From the NCBI GenBank assembly GCA_016748015.1, contig JAAOMT010000494.1, forward strand, positions 860,190-924,189: a stretch of 64,000 bases of DNA, written 5' to 3'. Position 1 is the first letter of the stretch, and every line of letters begins with the position of its first letter. Origin of the DNA: Geosiphon pyriformis uo1. Lineage: Eukaryota > Fungi > Glomeromycota. The notes below the pieces were generated by a model. That model made no database searches. It saw nothing but the letters and a program-made list of their open reading frames with translations, and was not told the origin of the DNA. The translations under genes and the position numbers were made by a program. Below, piece after piece: positions 24,501 through 36,900 of this stretch.

Positions 24501-27500
24501 TTAGATTGTTCTGATTTTGCAGAGTTGGAACAATTAAAGTTTGTATTTCTGGGTTTTTTGAGATCAGGTTTTGATTATTAATTTTCTGATTGTTATTTTC
24601 CTCTTTCTTGGAGTTAGTTATTTCTCATGAACTAGCAGCTCCAAAATCTGGTTGTGGTGATGGTAATTGAACTCTTAATAGTGTTGGAGATTGTGATTTA
24701 AATTTTTCAAAATAATTGCCATATGTTTCTAATAACTCTGTTTTCTTTTGTTTACTTTGGAACAGGATTCTGTTTAGTGGTGTTGTTGTATTTGCTGTGG
24801 ATGTACTTATTGATGTTATATTAATAGTGCTTCCAGGTATGTGATAATATAATGGATTAGCAAGTGAATCAACTCTCTGTTTCTTTCAAGTGAGTAATTG
24901 TGGGGTTCCTGCTGGTGTTTGCAATTTTTTTTTTCTTTGTTAGTAAAGATAATGGAAAATCTTTGTTTAGTGTACTTTTTAATTTTTCTGTTTATTTCTG
25001 TAATTAGTGATACAAATAAATGATTCTGTAACAGTGTAATATTTTGGAGTAGTTTACTGAAAAAATTGTTGAAGACAGATTCTGAATCTCCTTGGCCTTC
25101 CAAATAATATACAATCCTTTTGTTGATATAGTAATTGAAAGCTGATTCTGCTGGCCAATTATTATTTGTTAATCCAAGATGTTCTTTGTAATGCTAAAAT
25201 AAAGATTTTACAAATTCCAAGTGGTTTGTTCTTATTTCTTCTGATTCTGCTACTGTTTTGGATAGTTGCTGTTAATGCTGGTTTTCTGTTAAATTATACC
25301 TCACAGAAAGCACCAAATGTTACAGATAATTATTTGGGGTCTTAAATCAAATAACAAATCTGTAACTTGGTGCTTAATAGCTGATATGAATATTAGTATC
25401 TAAAGTTTTAATATCTAAAAGTGTTGGTTAAGTTTTTTGTATAATGAACAGAGATTCAATAATGTTTTACCTGTTATTTTTCCAAATCATAATTCTATCA
25501 ATTTCTTTTTCAGCATGGTGGCCAGTAATTCTTCTGGTAAGCTATTTTTAATTTTGAGTATCTACCCTTATTTCTGGGTCTTTTACCAGTACTATATCCT
25601 AATGTCAATATCTCTATATGTTAATCAATTAGTAAACAACAAAGAAACAACTAAAAATAAATAAATAAAGAGAAAATAAAAAAAATAAGCCAAGCCAATA
25701 AAAAGTTAGTATTCCATCAATAGCCATAATTAAAAGCTATTATTCTAGTGTAATCAAATATCAAATACTATTAACATAAAGTATTAATAGTGGAAAAAGT
25801 AATTTAGATAATGAATAATTATTTATTAATATGGATGATTTTAATTAAAATTTTTATTAATGAGAAGATTTTGGTATTGATTTTGTCTTTTTTGTTTCTA
25901 ATGTTTTTGTTATATATACATAATTTGAGTTCTACAAAATTGCTTATATTCCCAAACAATGTGCTATAATTTTTCAAGTAATGCTCATATTGCTAAGCAA
26001 TGTGTTATAATTTTCTGATATTGCTCTATATTGCTGAGCAATGTGCCATAATTTTTAACAATACTCCATATTTTTAAGCAATGTACTCACATATTAGCTA
26101 CTATCCTCCTATTAGTCTATCTGTTTTTTTTATTATTTTTTTATATGTTTTTTTTCTATAAGTAACAGTGCACATTAAAAGCATTAATTCAAACTTCATA
26201 CAAAAAATTTTTGATTGATCCAAAATTATCTGAAAAACTGAATTCGAAATATTTACTTTATTTCTAATGACAAATTCTAATCCACCCAAAAAACCAAATG
26301 CTACAACAAACTAAGATAGAACAAAACTCTTCAGATTCAGTTTTTTTCAGTGGCAAAAAGTTTTTTAAGTTATCAAAACACCATGTTTGTCCAAAAATTT
26401 ATTGTTAAAAACAATATTATAATGCCTTAAAAAGACTATTGTTTTGTAATAAGCTGCTTTTTTTAAAATATTAAATATTAAAAACTTATTCAAACTACAA
26501 AAAACTTGTGGCAAGTTATTTATTAGTGAAATTTTATTATTTAAAAACATTTTTACCACTTTGGCAAAAAAATTGTTTACAAAACTGATTTTTAATTTAA
26601 CTAGATACTACAAAAGATTATTCAGAGCCTAGTCCAAAGTTTGTAAATTTAAAAACTAATAATTAAACAGTCTGTCAAAAATTTCTTCTAAATTAGCAAA
26701 CAAAACTGTTAAAACTATTTTATTTTCAGCTTGTAATTGTTCAAAGAATTTCAGATTGTATAACAGCATATAGTATAAAGCTTCATTAAAAAAATTTTTA
26801 AACAACTCAGTTTTCAATTTCAAATATTTCTTAATCAAAAAATTTTATTTATAACAAATATTAACTAAAATAAAACCAAACTGTATATAGTAACAGATTA
26901 TTAACTATAAAACAGCAGAAATTATTAACAAAATTGTTTATTTAAGATCACTTTTTTTAAAACTATATTTGCAAAAAACCTAACATTTGAATAAGTTTTA
27001 ATTAGATTAGGCTTAAATAAACTATAGATAGAAAAATAAATTCCCAAATAATAATATGATTTACTTTTTTTTACAATTGATATAAGACTTTTATTAATAG
27101 TTAAAAAAGCATTTTTAATCTTTTAGTTAATAGAAATAACTACTGTATTATTATTATTAATCAAAATATTATTAATATTATTATGAATTAGAATAATAAG
27201 CTAACAGATAGCAAAAAAGAACAGAATTGTAGGGTAATAGAATTAATCAAAAGAGATTCAACTTTAAGAAGCAAATTAAATGAGTATAGATTTAATATAT
27301 AAGATTAATCTTATAAAATATTTTAGTTTCTATTCTTTTTAAAAAATAACCAGAAAATTTAAAGATAGAAGAATAGTCTGTACTGTTAATAAATAATAAT
27401 ACACTAGTATAATTTTATGTCTTATATTAGCACTCTTTGAATTTAATATCAGATATCAGATGTGCTCTTTAGTTATGTTTTATTTAATAATCTTTAAATA

Positions 27501-29467
27501 CTACAATTATATAAGTCAAAAAAAGAGTAAATAAATGCCAATAAGTAATTTTTTATCCCAAAATGTTCAAATATTTGAAAAGAAAAAAAGAAAAATAAGC
27601 AATAGAAAAAAAATTAAGATAATAGTTGTTATTTTATTTATTCTTAATTAATTGCTATATTTTTTTTTCTATATTTAAGAAACTTATTGTTTATATAGCT
27701 ATTAAAAGTGGTTAATAATTAAGTTATTGATCAAATTAATAATTATTATCTAAAAATAAAGTAGCTAATTATATAACATCAATGGCTAATATATGTAATA
27801 ACTAATAAAAACTATGAATTTTAATTATAATATTATCTTTTTTAAAAAAATTAAGCTTTGGCAAGATCAAGCTATTTATAAGATAATCTAATTAAAGATT
27901 TTTGTTTAACTCAAAGCTAACTAGTTTGTTGAAATTTTTTGTGGATAAGATATATAGTATCTGAAATGAAATAAGTTTTGTATTTAAGAAACCAAATCTT
28001 TGTATAAAAGTTTTGGCTTTTTATGTAATAATCAAAACTCTTAAAATATCTAACTATATAATATTCAAAATTTTCACTTGTATTTTTGAAATTGTTTTTT
28101 TTATGAGCTTCATATCTTATATAATTTCACTAAAATGATCATAAAGTTTTAGTTGCCTTCTATATAACAAGTTTTTGTCTATGGACAAGATTTTTTTAAT
28201 TGTTTTTCCAATTGTAATAGAAGGTAAAAGTATTGCTGTTGTTATACTTTCTATCAAATATTTATCTATTTTGTTACCAATTTTTTCTTTTCTAATAGTA
28301 GTTTTTTTTGGTTTAATAATAATATGTGTTTTATTATTATTAGTTATAGTGGTTTGTTTTTTAATGGTCAAAGTAGCATTTGAATAGTTTTTGATTCAAT
28401 ATTTATGGAAAATATAGAAAGCATTTTGAATGTTTTAATTTAAGAAATAATTGTTTATGTTGTTACCAGAGATTTTTGGTCTCTTTTTTTGAATATTGTT
28501 ACTGTTTGTCTATTGCTAACTTTACATTTTCTAGAAGCAATTGAACCTCCAATAACTGAATTTATCTTCAAATTATCTCTTATAATTTGAACTGCTGGGC
28601 TTATAAGTAGAATGGCCAATTTCTTACCAGTTACTTTATGTAATTATATTGTAGTAAACATCAACTTTTTCTCAGGAATTGCTCATCTGAAAGCTCACTA
28701 AAATGTGTAATTACTTTGCTGTAAAAGTCAACTCTTCTATAAGAATCTTATCTATAGGCTACCTTAATAATTATAATAAGAAAGGAAAAAAAAAATAAAA
28801 TAAAAATAAAAGAAATAAAATTTGTGTCAAGAGAAACGTTTTTTATCTAGGCCTGGAATTATTAACAAATTACTGAAATTAGTAGCTAATCAATTTTAAA
28901 ATGTTAATTGTGTTGAGAAAATTTCAAGTGTAATAATCAAAAAATTTGGTTTTTGAATATTTAATTTTTATTTGAAATATGTAAAAGATAATTTGTTCTA
29001 ATTAAGATATTTAAAGTAAAATACTATGATAAAATATTATGAGAAGATACATTTTCTTGAAAAAAAAAGCTCTTTTTTTATATAACTTGTTGTAGTACTA
29101 GTCTTTGAACTTGTACTTTTCTCTTTGTTCTAATTTCAGTAAACTAAAGATACATTTCGGCAAATTACAAGTTATTTCTACAAACTATTAATTATTTCGG
29201 CCAATTTTCATTAATTTTGGCGAATTTTGACTATTTTAAATGGTTTAAGGTATTGTGTAATTTGATTATCTTAATTTCTATAGTACAAATCGAATTATTA
29301 ATTGAATGATAATATTTGATAATTTGATTAAATAATAAGTAATAATTGAAATGATAATAATATATGCTAATTAATAATAGAAATTATAAGGATAATTTTA
29401 TGCTAATTAATAGCTAAAATTCTATTGGTAACATAATTTTCTTCTCAAAATTGAGCTCTATTAAAGT

Positions 29468-30120
29468 TCAAGTACTATCTGTAATATCAAGATAATAGTC
29501 CAAGATAATTGAAGTAATCTGGTCTGAAAATTGTTGAAATTTTAGTTCTGTGAGCTTTTTAATATATTGAATCTTTATTGAAAGAAGTATTAGATTTTGT
29601 AGAACATTTCCACAAGTGTTGAATAAATCATAAAGTCTAAATGCTGCTCTAAGTTTGTAGCAAGTGTTTGTTGGTCTGGCTGCTGTCTTAAATTCATTGT
29701 AAATTTGTTTTTGTATAGCTTTAGGAGTGATGTGTGTTGCTTCAGATTCCATTTTCGTTTATAAAATGTTTTTTCAATATAAAAATATCTATAGATAAGG
29801 GTATAGTCATTATTCTGTTCATTAAGAAATAGTAGAAGTTTTTGTTGGATTGTGGCATTTAGTGAAATGTCAATAGAGGCAAATAAAAAGTTTTCTTTTA
29901 GTGCTTGCTTCAAAAGTTCTGGTAATTGATTTCCAGAGTGACTTCTTGTTTTTTTTCTATAAGGGTGATAATTCTGAGAATTATTTACTACTTGTTTTGT
30001 GGTATTTTTTTGAGTGTAATTAATTTGACTTCTATTAATCATTATGGATAAGTCTAGAAGTGTTTTCAAGGCTAACATTAATTTTTGGGATATTTGTTGA
30101 ATATTTCGAGGAATAATCAT
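29468..30120 (-). pseudogene. Accessory ORF3 of E (frameshifted)
   Basis: Overlapping ORFs 29590..30120 and 29468..29752 between integrase and PPT. Confidence 0.7.
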
Positions 30121-33100
30121 GATAAAAATAATTAATTAACAAAAATTAAAGAAAATTATTTTTGGGTATAGGGTTTTATTTGTTTTTGGGTTTGAATATT
30201 TCTTGTAATTATTTACTATTTTTGTTTTTTATGTTTTGTGTATTTTAAAGAAATTATTGTAAAATGTTAAATTAAATATTCAAGTTTGGTTTTATTCTAT
30301 TATAACTATTGGTTCTAAATTTCGGAGAATATTTTTAGAATTAATTAAAAAGGAATGTATACTAATTTGTGGAATTAATAATTCAGGATTGTTTCTAGAA
30401 TAATAATGTTTTAATTGATCTCTATGTGCAACTTTTGCTAGTACTTTGTCATCAAATCTTAACTTATATGATCCATTGCCTAAAATTTCATAAATATAAA
30501 ATAGTCTATCCTATTTATGTTCAAATTTCCCACTCCATTGTTTTTCAGTCTTAGTTTTGTGTAAAAAAACTTTATTTCTAGCTTTAAATTTATTGATAAC
30601 TGGTAGCAGTTTGTTATCATGCTTTTCTTTTTGTTGAGCTTGAAAGTGTTTAATATGAGTGGCTGCTATTTGTCTTTTTTCTTCCAGTGTACTAAAAAGA
30701 GTGTATGCTCTTCTTTGAAGTGTTTTCTGAAAGTTTTTTTCATTAATTGGTTGTATTGGATATGTTTTCACTGTGAAATTAATTGGTAATATTGCCATCC
30801 TTTCATAAGTAAGATCAAATAGTGTATGTTTCATAGTATATTGTTTTAGTGTTCTGTATGCTAGTAACACTAATAGAATAAATATATCCTATTTCTGCTC
30901 AAAATCTGTTAAAACTTTGGCTAAAGATTCACACAATGTTTTATTAAAACATTTTACAAGTCTATTTGTTTGGGGGTAATAAGATAACAATAGAGGTCTT
31001 TTAATATTGAATTGTTCACAAATTTCTTGTATCAAGTTGTTTACAAAATGTGTTTTTTGATCAAATAAAAGTTCAATTAGATATTCATGTCTACAAATAA
31101 TGTCTTCATAGATAAAATTTGCTACTGATTTTGCATCTCCTTTTTGAATGGCTCTAGCTTCAAGCCATTTGGTAAGATAATCTACTACAACTACAATAAA
31201 ATGATTTCCTTGGGTTGTGATAGGTAATGGTCCGACTAAATCAATTCCAACTTTGATTGGATTTAAAAATTCTGTGGAACAAGTTTTTTTTCTTTTTTAA
31301 CAGCTATTATAAGATTCTATATATTGTTGAATATTTTTTTGCATTTGAGACCAAAAATAATGTTCAAGTGTTCTTTGCATTGTTTTATCTTTTCCCAAGT
31401 GTGCTAAAAAAGAATCTGTGTACATGTTATATAAAATTGTTTCTTTTTCATTTTTTTGTACTAATCTGAGTAGTTGGTTTAGATTTCTGCAATTTTTATA
31501 ATAAATTTTGTTGTAGTGTATGAAATATTGTTTTAATTGGTGTTGTAGTCAATGTTTTTCACTTGGAGACCAATTTTTTGGTATGGTATAAGTCTCCAAA
31601 TAGTTTTTGATGTTGTTGTAATTTCTAAGATCTATTGTTGTTTGGTTATTTTGTTGGTAGACTGGTAAGTTGTGGTGAAATTGTTGTTAGTGTTAATTTT
31701 GTCTTATTCTTGAAAAACTATTAATATTGGTGTGTAGTTTTTTTGGTTTGTAATGTACAATATATTTATAGTCTGCTAAGAAGTTATTCTATCAAGACTG
31801 TTTGGTACTTTGTTCAGTTTTTTTTTTATTGAACCATTTGAGGCCAATATTGTCAGTTATGATATCAAATTTTTTTCTATTCTTCAGATATTGTTAAAAG
31901 TGTTTAAGAGCCCAAATAATTATAGCAGCTTCTAATTCAGTTGAGCCATACTTGAATTCTGTTGGTTTGAGTGTTTTACTGGCATAGGCAATGACTTATT
32001 TTTGGGCATTTTTATTTAATTGTGATAGGATAGCACCAAATACTGTGTGTGAAAAATCAGTGGCTAGTTGGAATTGTTTGTTGAAATTTGGATAAACAAG
32101 AACTGGAGCTGTTGTTAATTTTGTTTTGAGAGTTTCAAAGGCTTTCTGTTGTTCCTTAGTCTATTAATATGGCACATTTTTGTTGGTAAGAGAATTGAAT
32201 AATTTGGCAATTTCTGAGAATCTTTTTATGAATTTTTGATAGTATGAGACTAATCCTATAAATCCTTATAGTTTTGTGGTATTTTTAAGAGTTTAAAAGT
32301 TTTTAACAACACTAATTGTTTCAGGATTTGGTTTGACTCCATCTTTGCTAACAATGTGTTCAAGAAAAATTAAACTTGTTTTTCCAAAGTGACATTTTTT
32401 AATGTTCAATTTCAATTCTGTTTTCTGTAATTTTTGAAAAACTTCTTACAGATGGATAAGATAAGCTTTAAAGCTTGATAAGTACATATTAGTATTATCA
32501 AAATAAACAATTACTGATTGCCATAAAAGTCCTTCATATACAATATTCATAAGTTGCTGGAATGTTGCTGGTGCATTGCAAAGTTTAAAAAACATAACAT
32601 TGAATTTATAGTTTCCTTTTTGGGTGGTAAATGCTGTTTTGGGTTGATTTTTTGGGTCTATTTCGACTTACCAGTATTCACTTTCCAAGTCTAAAGTTGA
32701 GAAAAACTTGGCTTTTTCTAAAGCATTTAGTATGTCATCGGTTTTGGGAAGAAGATAGGCATTTCTAATTGTTCCACTGTTCAATTGACAATAGTCAACA
32801 CAAAATCTGATTTTTTCGTTTTTTTTAACCAAAACCACTGGTGAGGCCCATGAACTTCTTGATGGTTGAATCAATCTGTTATTGAGCATTCTTTGGACCT
32901 CTTTTTTGATAAATTGGTGACTAGCAAATGGAACTTGATAGACTTGTTGTCATTTTAATAGAGCATTTCTTGTGTAGATCTAATGTTGGACAATATCAGT
33001 TTTTCCAAGATTATTGTTGTTTTTTGCAAATATATCTGCAAATTCAGCTATTAGCTGTTTCAATTTTCTTTGTTGTTGGGATTTTAAGGGACTTATGTTG

Positions 33101-33534
33101 ATTTGAGAGAGTTTTTTTTCCAAAAGATGGTAGTTTTCAAAAGTATGGGTGATGTTTGGATTTAGAAAAGTATGTCTTACAATTTCGATAAAATTAGAAA
33201 CAATTTGAGAGTTTTCATCTTGAAAAATATTGCTATGTATGATTCCAATTTCTAATTTATTAAATAGAACAATGGAGTAATTATTAGGATTGTAAAATAT
33301 AACTCAAAATTTCTTTATTCTTTTTGGTATATAGACATTTAGAATTGAGATTTCATGATTCAAACAGATTTGTTTATTGGATTCAAAGATTTGTTGGATA
33401 GTAGTGGGTTTTGAGCAAGTGTAAATTTCATAATGTTTTCCAAATTGTAAAATGGTAATTGATTGAGGAAGTTGTAAAATCTGGTGAAATTTTTTTGTAT
33501 ATTGAGAGCTACATTTACTGGAACTGTAAATCAT

Positions 33535-33960
33535 CCAGTTGAACCAAAATCTTGTATTCCTTTTTTACTTATGCCTAACTGTTTTTTGTTACTAACTGAT
33601 TGTAACTCTGAAATGTTAATTAAGAGTAGGTAAATTGCTTAAGCAATTTTTTTAGCATGTTTAATCTTAAATGGTTTGTCTGTTTCATTTTATAACATGA
33701 TGGTAATATTTCCAGTGTATTCTGCATTTATAATTTCTCTTCTAATGTTGATTCCTTTGCTGGCTAGAAATAATTGAAAAGCAATTTGAACTATTGCTTC
33801 TGGTGGAATTTCAAAAGCAATTTTGAGATTGATTTTGGTTAAAAATTTTGGTTGGAGAACCAAAGTATCTTTTTCTGGGTATTGTAGATCATATCTAGCA
33901 TCTATATCGTGGGTTTTTTCTGGCTTGATTCCTTGACCATTATTGTTAAAGTATTTAAGT
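33535..33960 (-). pseudogene. dUTPase domain of E
   Basis: DARYDL, LASKGINIR, IINAEYTGNI, KKIA.AIY, GIQDFGSTG. Confidence 0.88.
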
Positions 33961-36900
33961 TATAGGGCTAATTGATTCTCAGTAAAATAGATTGGTGTTG
34001 TTATAATTGCTTCTTTTGTTTCAGGTTTTCCAAATTTAATTTCATATTTATCATTTTTGCTGGGCAGAAAAATGCTAATTGCATAACATTTTGAACACCA
34101 TTGGTCATCACAAGGCATGATACATTCTTTACATAGTTGAATGTTTATTTGCTTTAATTGTTGAATTTGAGCTTTTTTGGTTAGATAGACATAACTTGTA
34201 ATTTGGTGGTATGTTTCTACTTTATTTTCATAGTTAAATTTAGCTAATTCTATTATGTACTCAATGTACTTAGCTTTTTTCATTTAGCAGACATCTTTCT
34301 GTGTAGCTCTATTGATTAAAGCCATTGCTAAGTCAAAGATCATTTTAGCATTATAAGGATAATAGTAGAGTTTGTTGAAAGCACTACTGTAGGCTGCATC
34401 AAAGGGTGTTTCTCTTTTGACTTTTTTCGAAATTAATAAGACATATTGACAGGTTTGATCACATACTCTTTCTCTTATTGCAATATTAATCCAGTTGCAT
34501 TTTTCTGGTAGCATATCTCCACATATGAAACAAAAAGTGTTGTTCCATTTTCCACTTCTTTTGAGATACAAACAGAAACAGCTTTGGTTATGTCTAAATT
34601 TTTTTTCTTGTTATTATGTACATTAGTTATTGGTCAAGTAAAAGATTTATTAATTTTTCTGCCAATTGCTTTAAAAAAATATTTGGCAATAATACTAACA
34701 GATAATCTACTGTCTAAAATCAAATTAATAAAATAACCAGTTACTTGTGCTTTGCAAATTAGAGAAGTGACATTGCTATTGTTAACAAATTCAGCTTGAC
34801 AAGAATGCTTGTTAGTTTTTAATGTTTTTTTTTTAAGATCAAAGATTTGCAAAGATTTTTTTTAAACTATAGATGAATTATTAACTGGCCAAAGATAATG
34901 TGAACTGGTGTTTCCATAAGATTTTTAACAACAGAATAAGAACCAGATTTTTGTATTATTTCTAAAGATTTTAACTTTGGGGGATTTTTGAAAATTTTTG
35001 TTTTTGGTGGCTTATTATTATCAACAGTTAATATAGAAGCTTTATTGGGATCCAAAGCAAAATTAACCTTGGCTTTTTTTTTTTGTTAAATCAGAAGGAT
35101 TAATTACCAATTTATCTATATTATAATTATTATTGGTTAGGTTAAAAGCAAAAAAAAAGTTTTTTTCTGGTTGGCTTGTATTCTTATTCTTTAAAAATAC
35201 ATTTATTAGTTTAAAGACTAATAAACAGTGGCTTTAATTAAAAAATCTTCTTTAAAAAAATTGATATTGGCATGATTAAGTTTTTAATTAAAAATATTAT
35301 TGTTGTTAAGTCTATTGTTCTGAGTATTATTGTTTCTAGAAACTGAAAAGAATAATAAAAAATTGTTGCAATTTCTAGAAAAGTATTCAGTTAATTCACA
35401 GCAATAATATACAAATAAACTACAATTTTGCTGTCTTTAATAAGGTAGTTGCTAAGACTGAATAAAGTAGAGTTCAAATTTGGGTTTTTGAGATTGTTAA
35501 TTCTCTTTAATTGCTTGGACTAAGAATTCCAGTAATCAAACAAGATTGGTTGTGAGTTTATCTATTAATTGTTTATTTGGCTCTTGAGTTTGGGCAGCAA
35601 AAGAGGTTGTAGTTATTTGAAAAGCAGAAGTCATAACAAAAGCAAGAACAAAAACTGAAAGAGTAAATTCTAAGTACATTCTTTAGTTGTCTTCTATTTT
35701 CTGAACAAGTTCAATAGCCATATTTATAGTGGAGTTATTTTTTAAACCAAAAGAAACCAAAAAGCATATGATAATCAGTTCTTAATTTTTTTGTAAAAAA
35801 ATAAATTTTTTGTTCTTCTGTCCAGTTTTTTCCAGAGTCTATTTGTTTAATAAGCTTTTTGATTGTTTTGGCATATTTGGTTACAATTTTATCAAGACCT
35901 TGAATTTTTTTTTAATTCCATATGCAACTTAAATATTAAAATTGGAGTTTTGAATTTATTTTCAAATCAGATAGTAAAAAAAATGTTGTCTTCTCCAGCA
36001 TTTGCTGATGTTTATTTAATAATTCTTTGCTAGTGTTACAAATAATTTTTTGGGATGTTAAAACAAATAACAAACTTGTAACTTAGTGCTCAATAGCTGG
36101 TAATATTAGTAATTTTTAAAGGTTTTGGAGTTTGAAAATTTTGGTTAAGTTTTTTGTATAATGGACAAAGATTTAATTAATAGTTTTTTCTGTGAATTTC
36201 TTTTTTCAGTATGGTAACTAGTTTATTCTGGCAGTTATGTTCTTCTGGTAAACTATTCTTAAATTTCTACTTTTGTTTCTGGGTTTTTTATCAAACTATT
36301 TTTAACATTAAATATCCAGTGTTTAATTTCTTTAATCAATTAGTAAACAATAAAAAAATAAAACAAAAAAAAATAAAAAAAATAAAAAAAAATAAAAAAT
36401 TAGTATTCCATCAATAGTCATAATTAAGAGCTATTGGTCTAGTGTGGTTAAGTATTGAATTCTATCAATATTTCATGTTGATAGAGTAGAATAGATTAAT
36501 ATTTCTTTAATCAAGTAATAATAACATAGATTAGATAATAATAAATAATTTTATTAATATAAAAATAATTTCATTTCAAGTTATAAAAAACTATCTTTTA
36601 AAAAAAGAATATTGTTGTTTTTGAACTGAATTTAATTTTATCTATTTTATTAAATTCTCTTGGAATTACTTTTTCTGCTTTTAATACTCTTGTTATATAT
36701 ACATAATTTATGTTATATAAAATTTTTTAAAATTTTTCAATATCTTTGAAAAGAATTCTGAAATTCTGAAATTCTGAAATTTTACAATTCCTTAAAAGAA
36801 ATCTTAAAATTTTTCTTTTTACTACACTTATTTTTGATTGGCTATTTTACTTATTATTATAATTCCTAATTTCTATGAGTAATATTTTTTTTTTTAATAT

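Larger units (their letters stand above)
14103..26167 (-). mobile_element. Full-length degenerate Ty3/Gypsy element B (gag, PR, Cys-rich region, dUTPase, RT, RH, INT, ORF3) with two solo-LTR insertions
   Basis: LTRs 25318-26167 (5') and 14103-14953 (3'). TSD CTGC/GTGC. PBS TGGTGCTTTCTGTGAGG at 25299-25315. Protease IKLIFDNGST ~22980. RT IYLDNT ~20120. RNase H PIAYASQSLSSAKKNY. U3 carries ~40-bp tandem repeats. Confidence 0.92.
28461..34572 (-). mobile_element. 5'-truncated Ty3/Gypsy element E (Cys-rich region, dUTPase, RT, RH, INT, ORF3, 3' LTR 28461-29433)
   Basis: LTR TGTTACCA...TGGTAACA with PPT. RT SSWASPVVLVKK..RFCVDY. Integrase C-terminus EKQWSGKF. ORF3 29468-30120. Confidence 0.87.

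Noticed and set aside
25299-25315. tRNA gene
   Set aside because: Only a 17-nt tRNA 3'-end match next to an LTR, which is a PBS. No cloverleaf.
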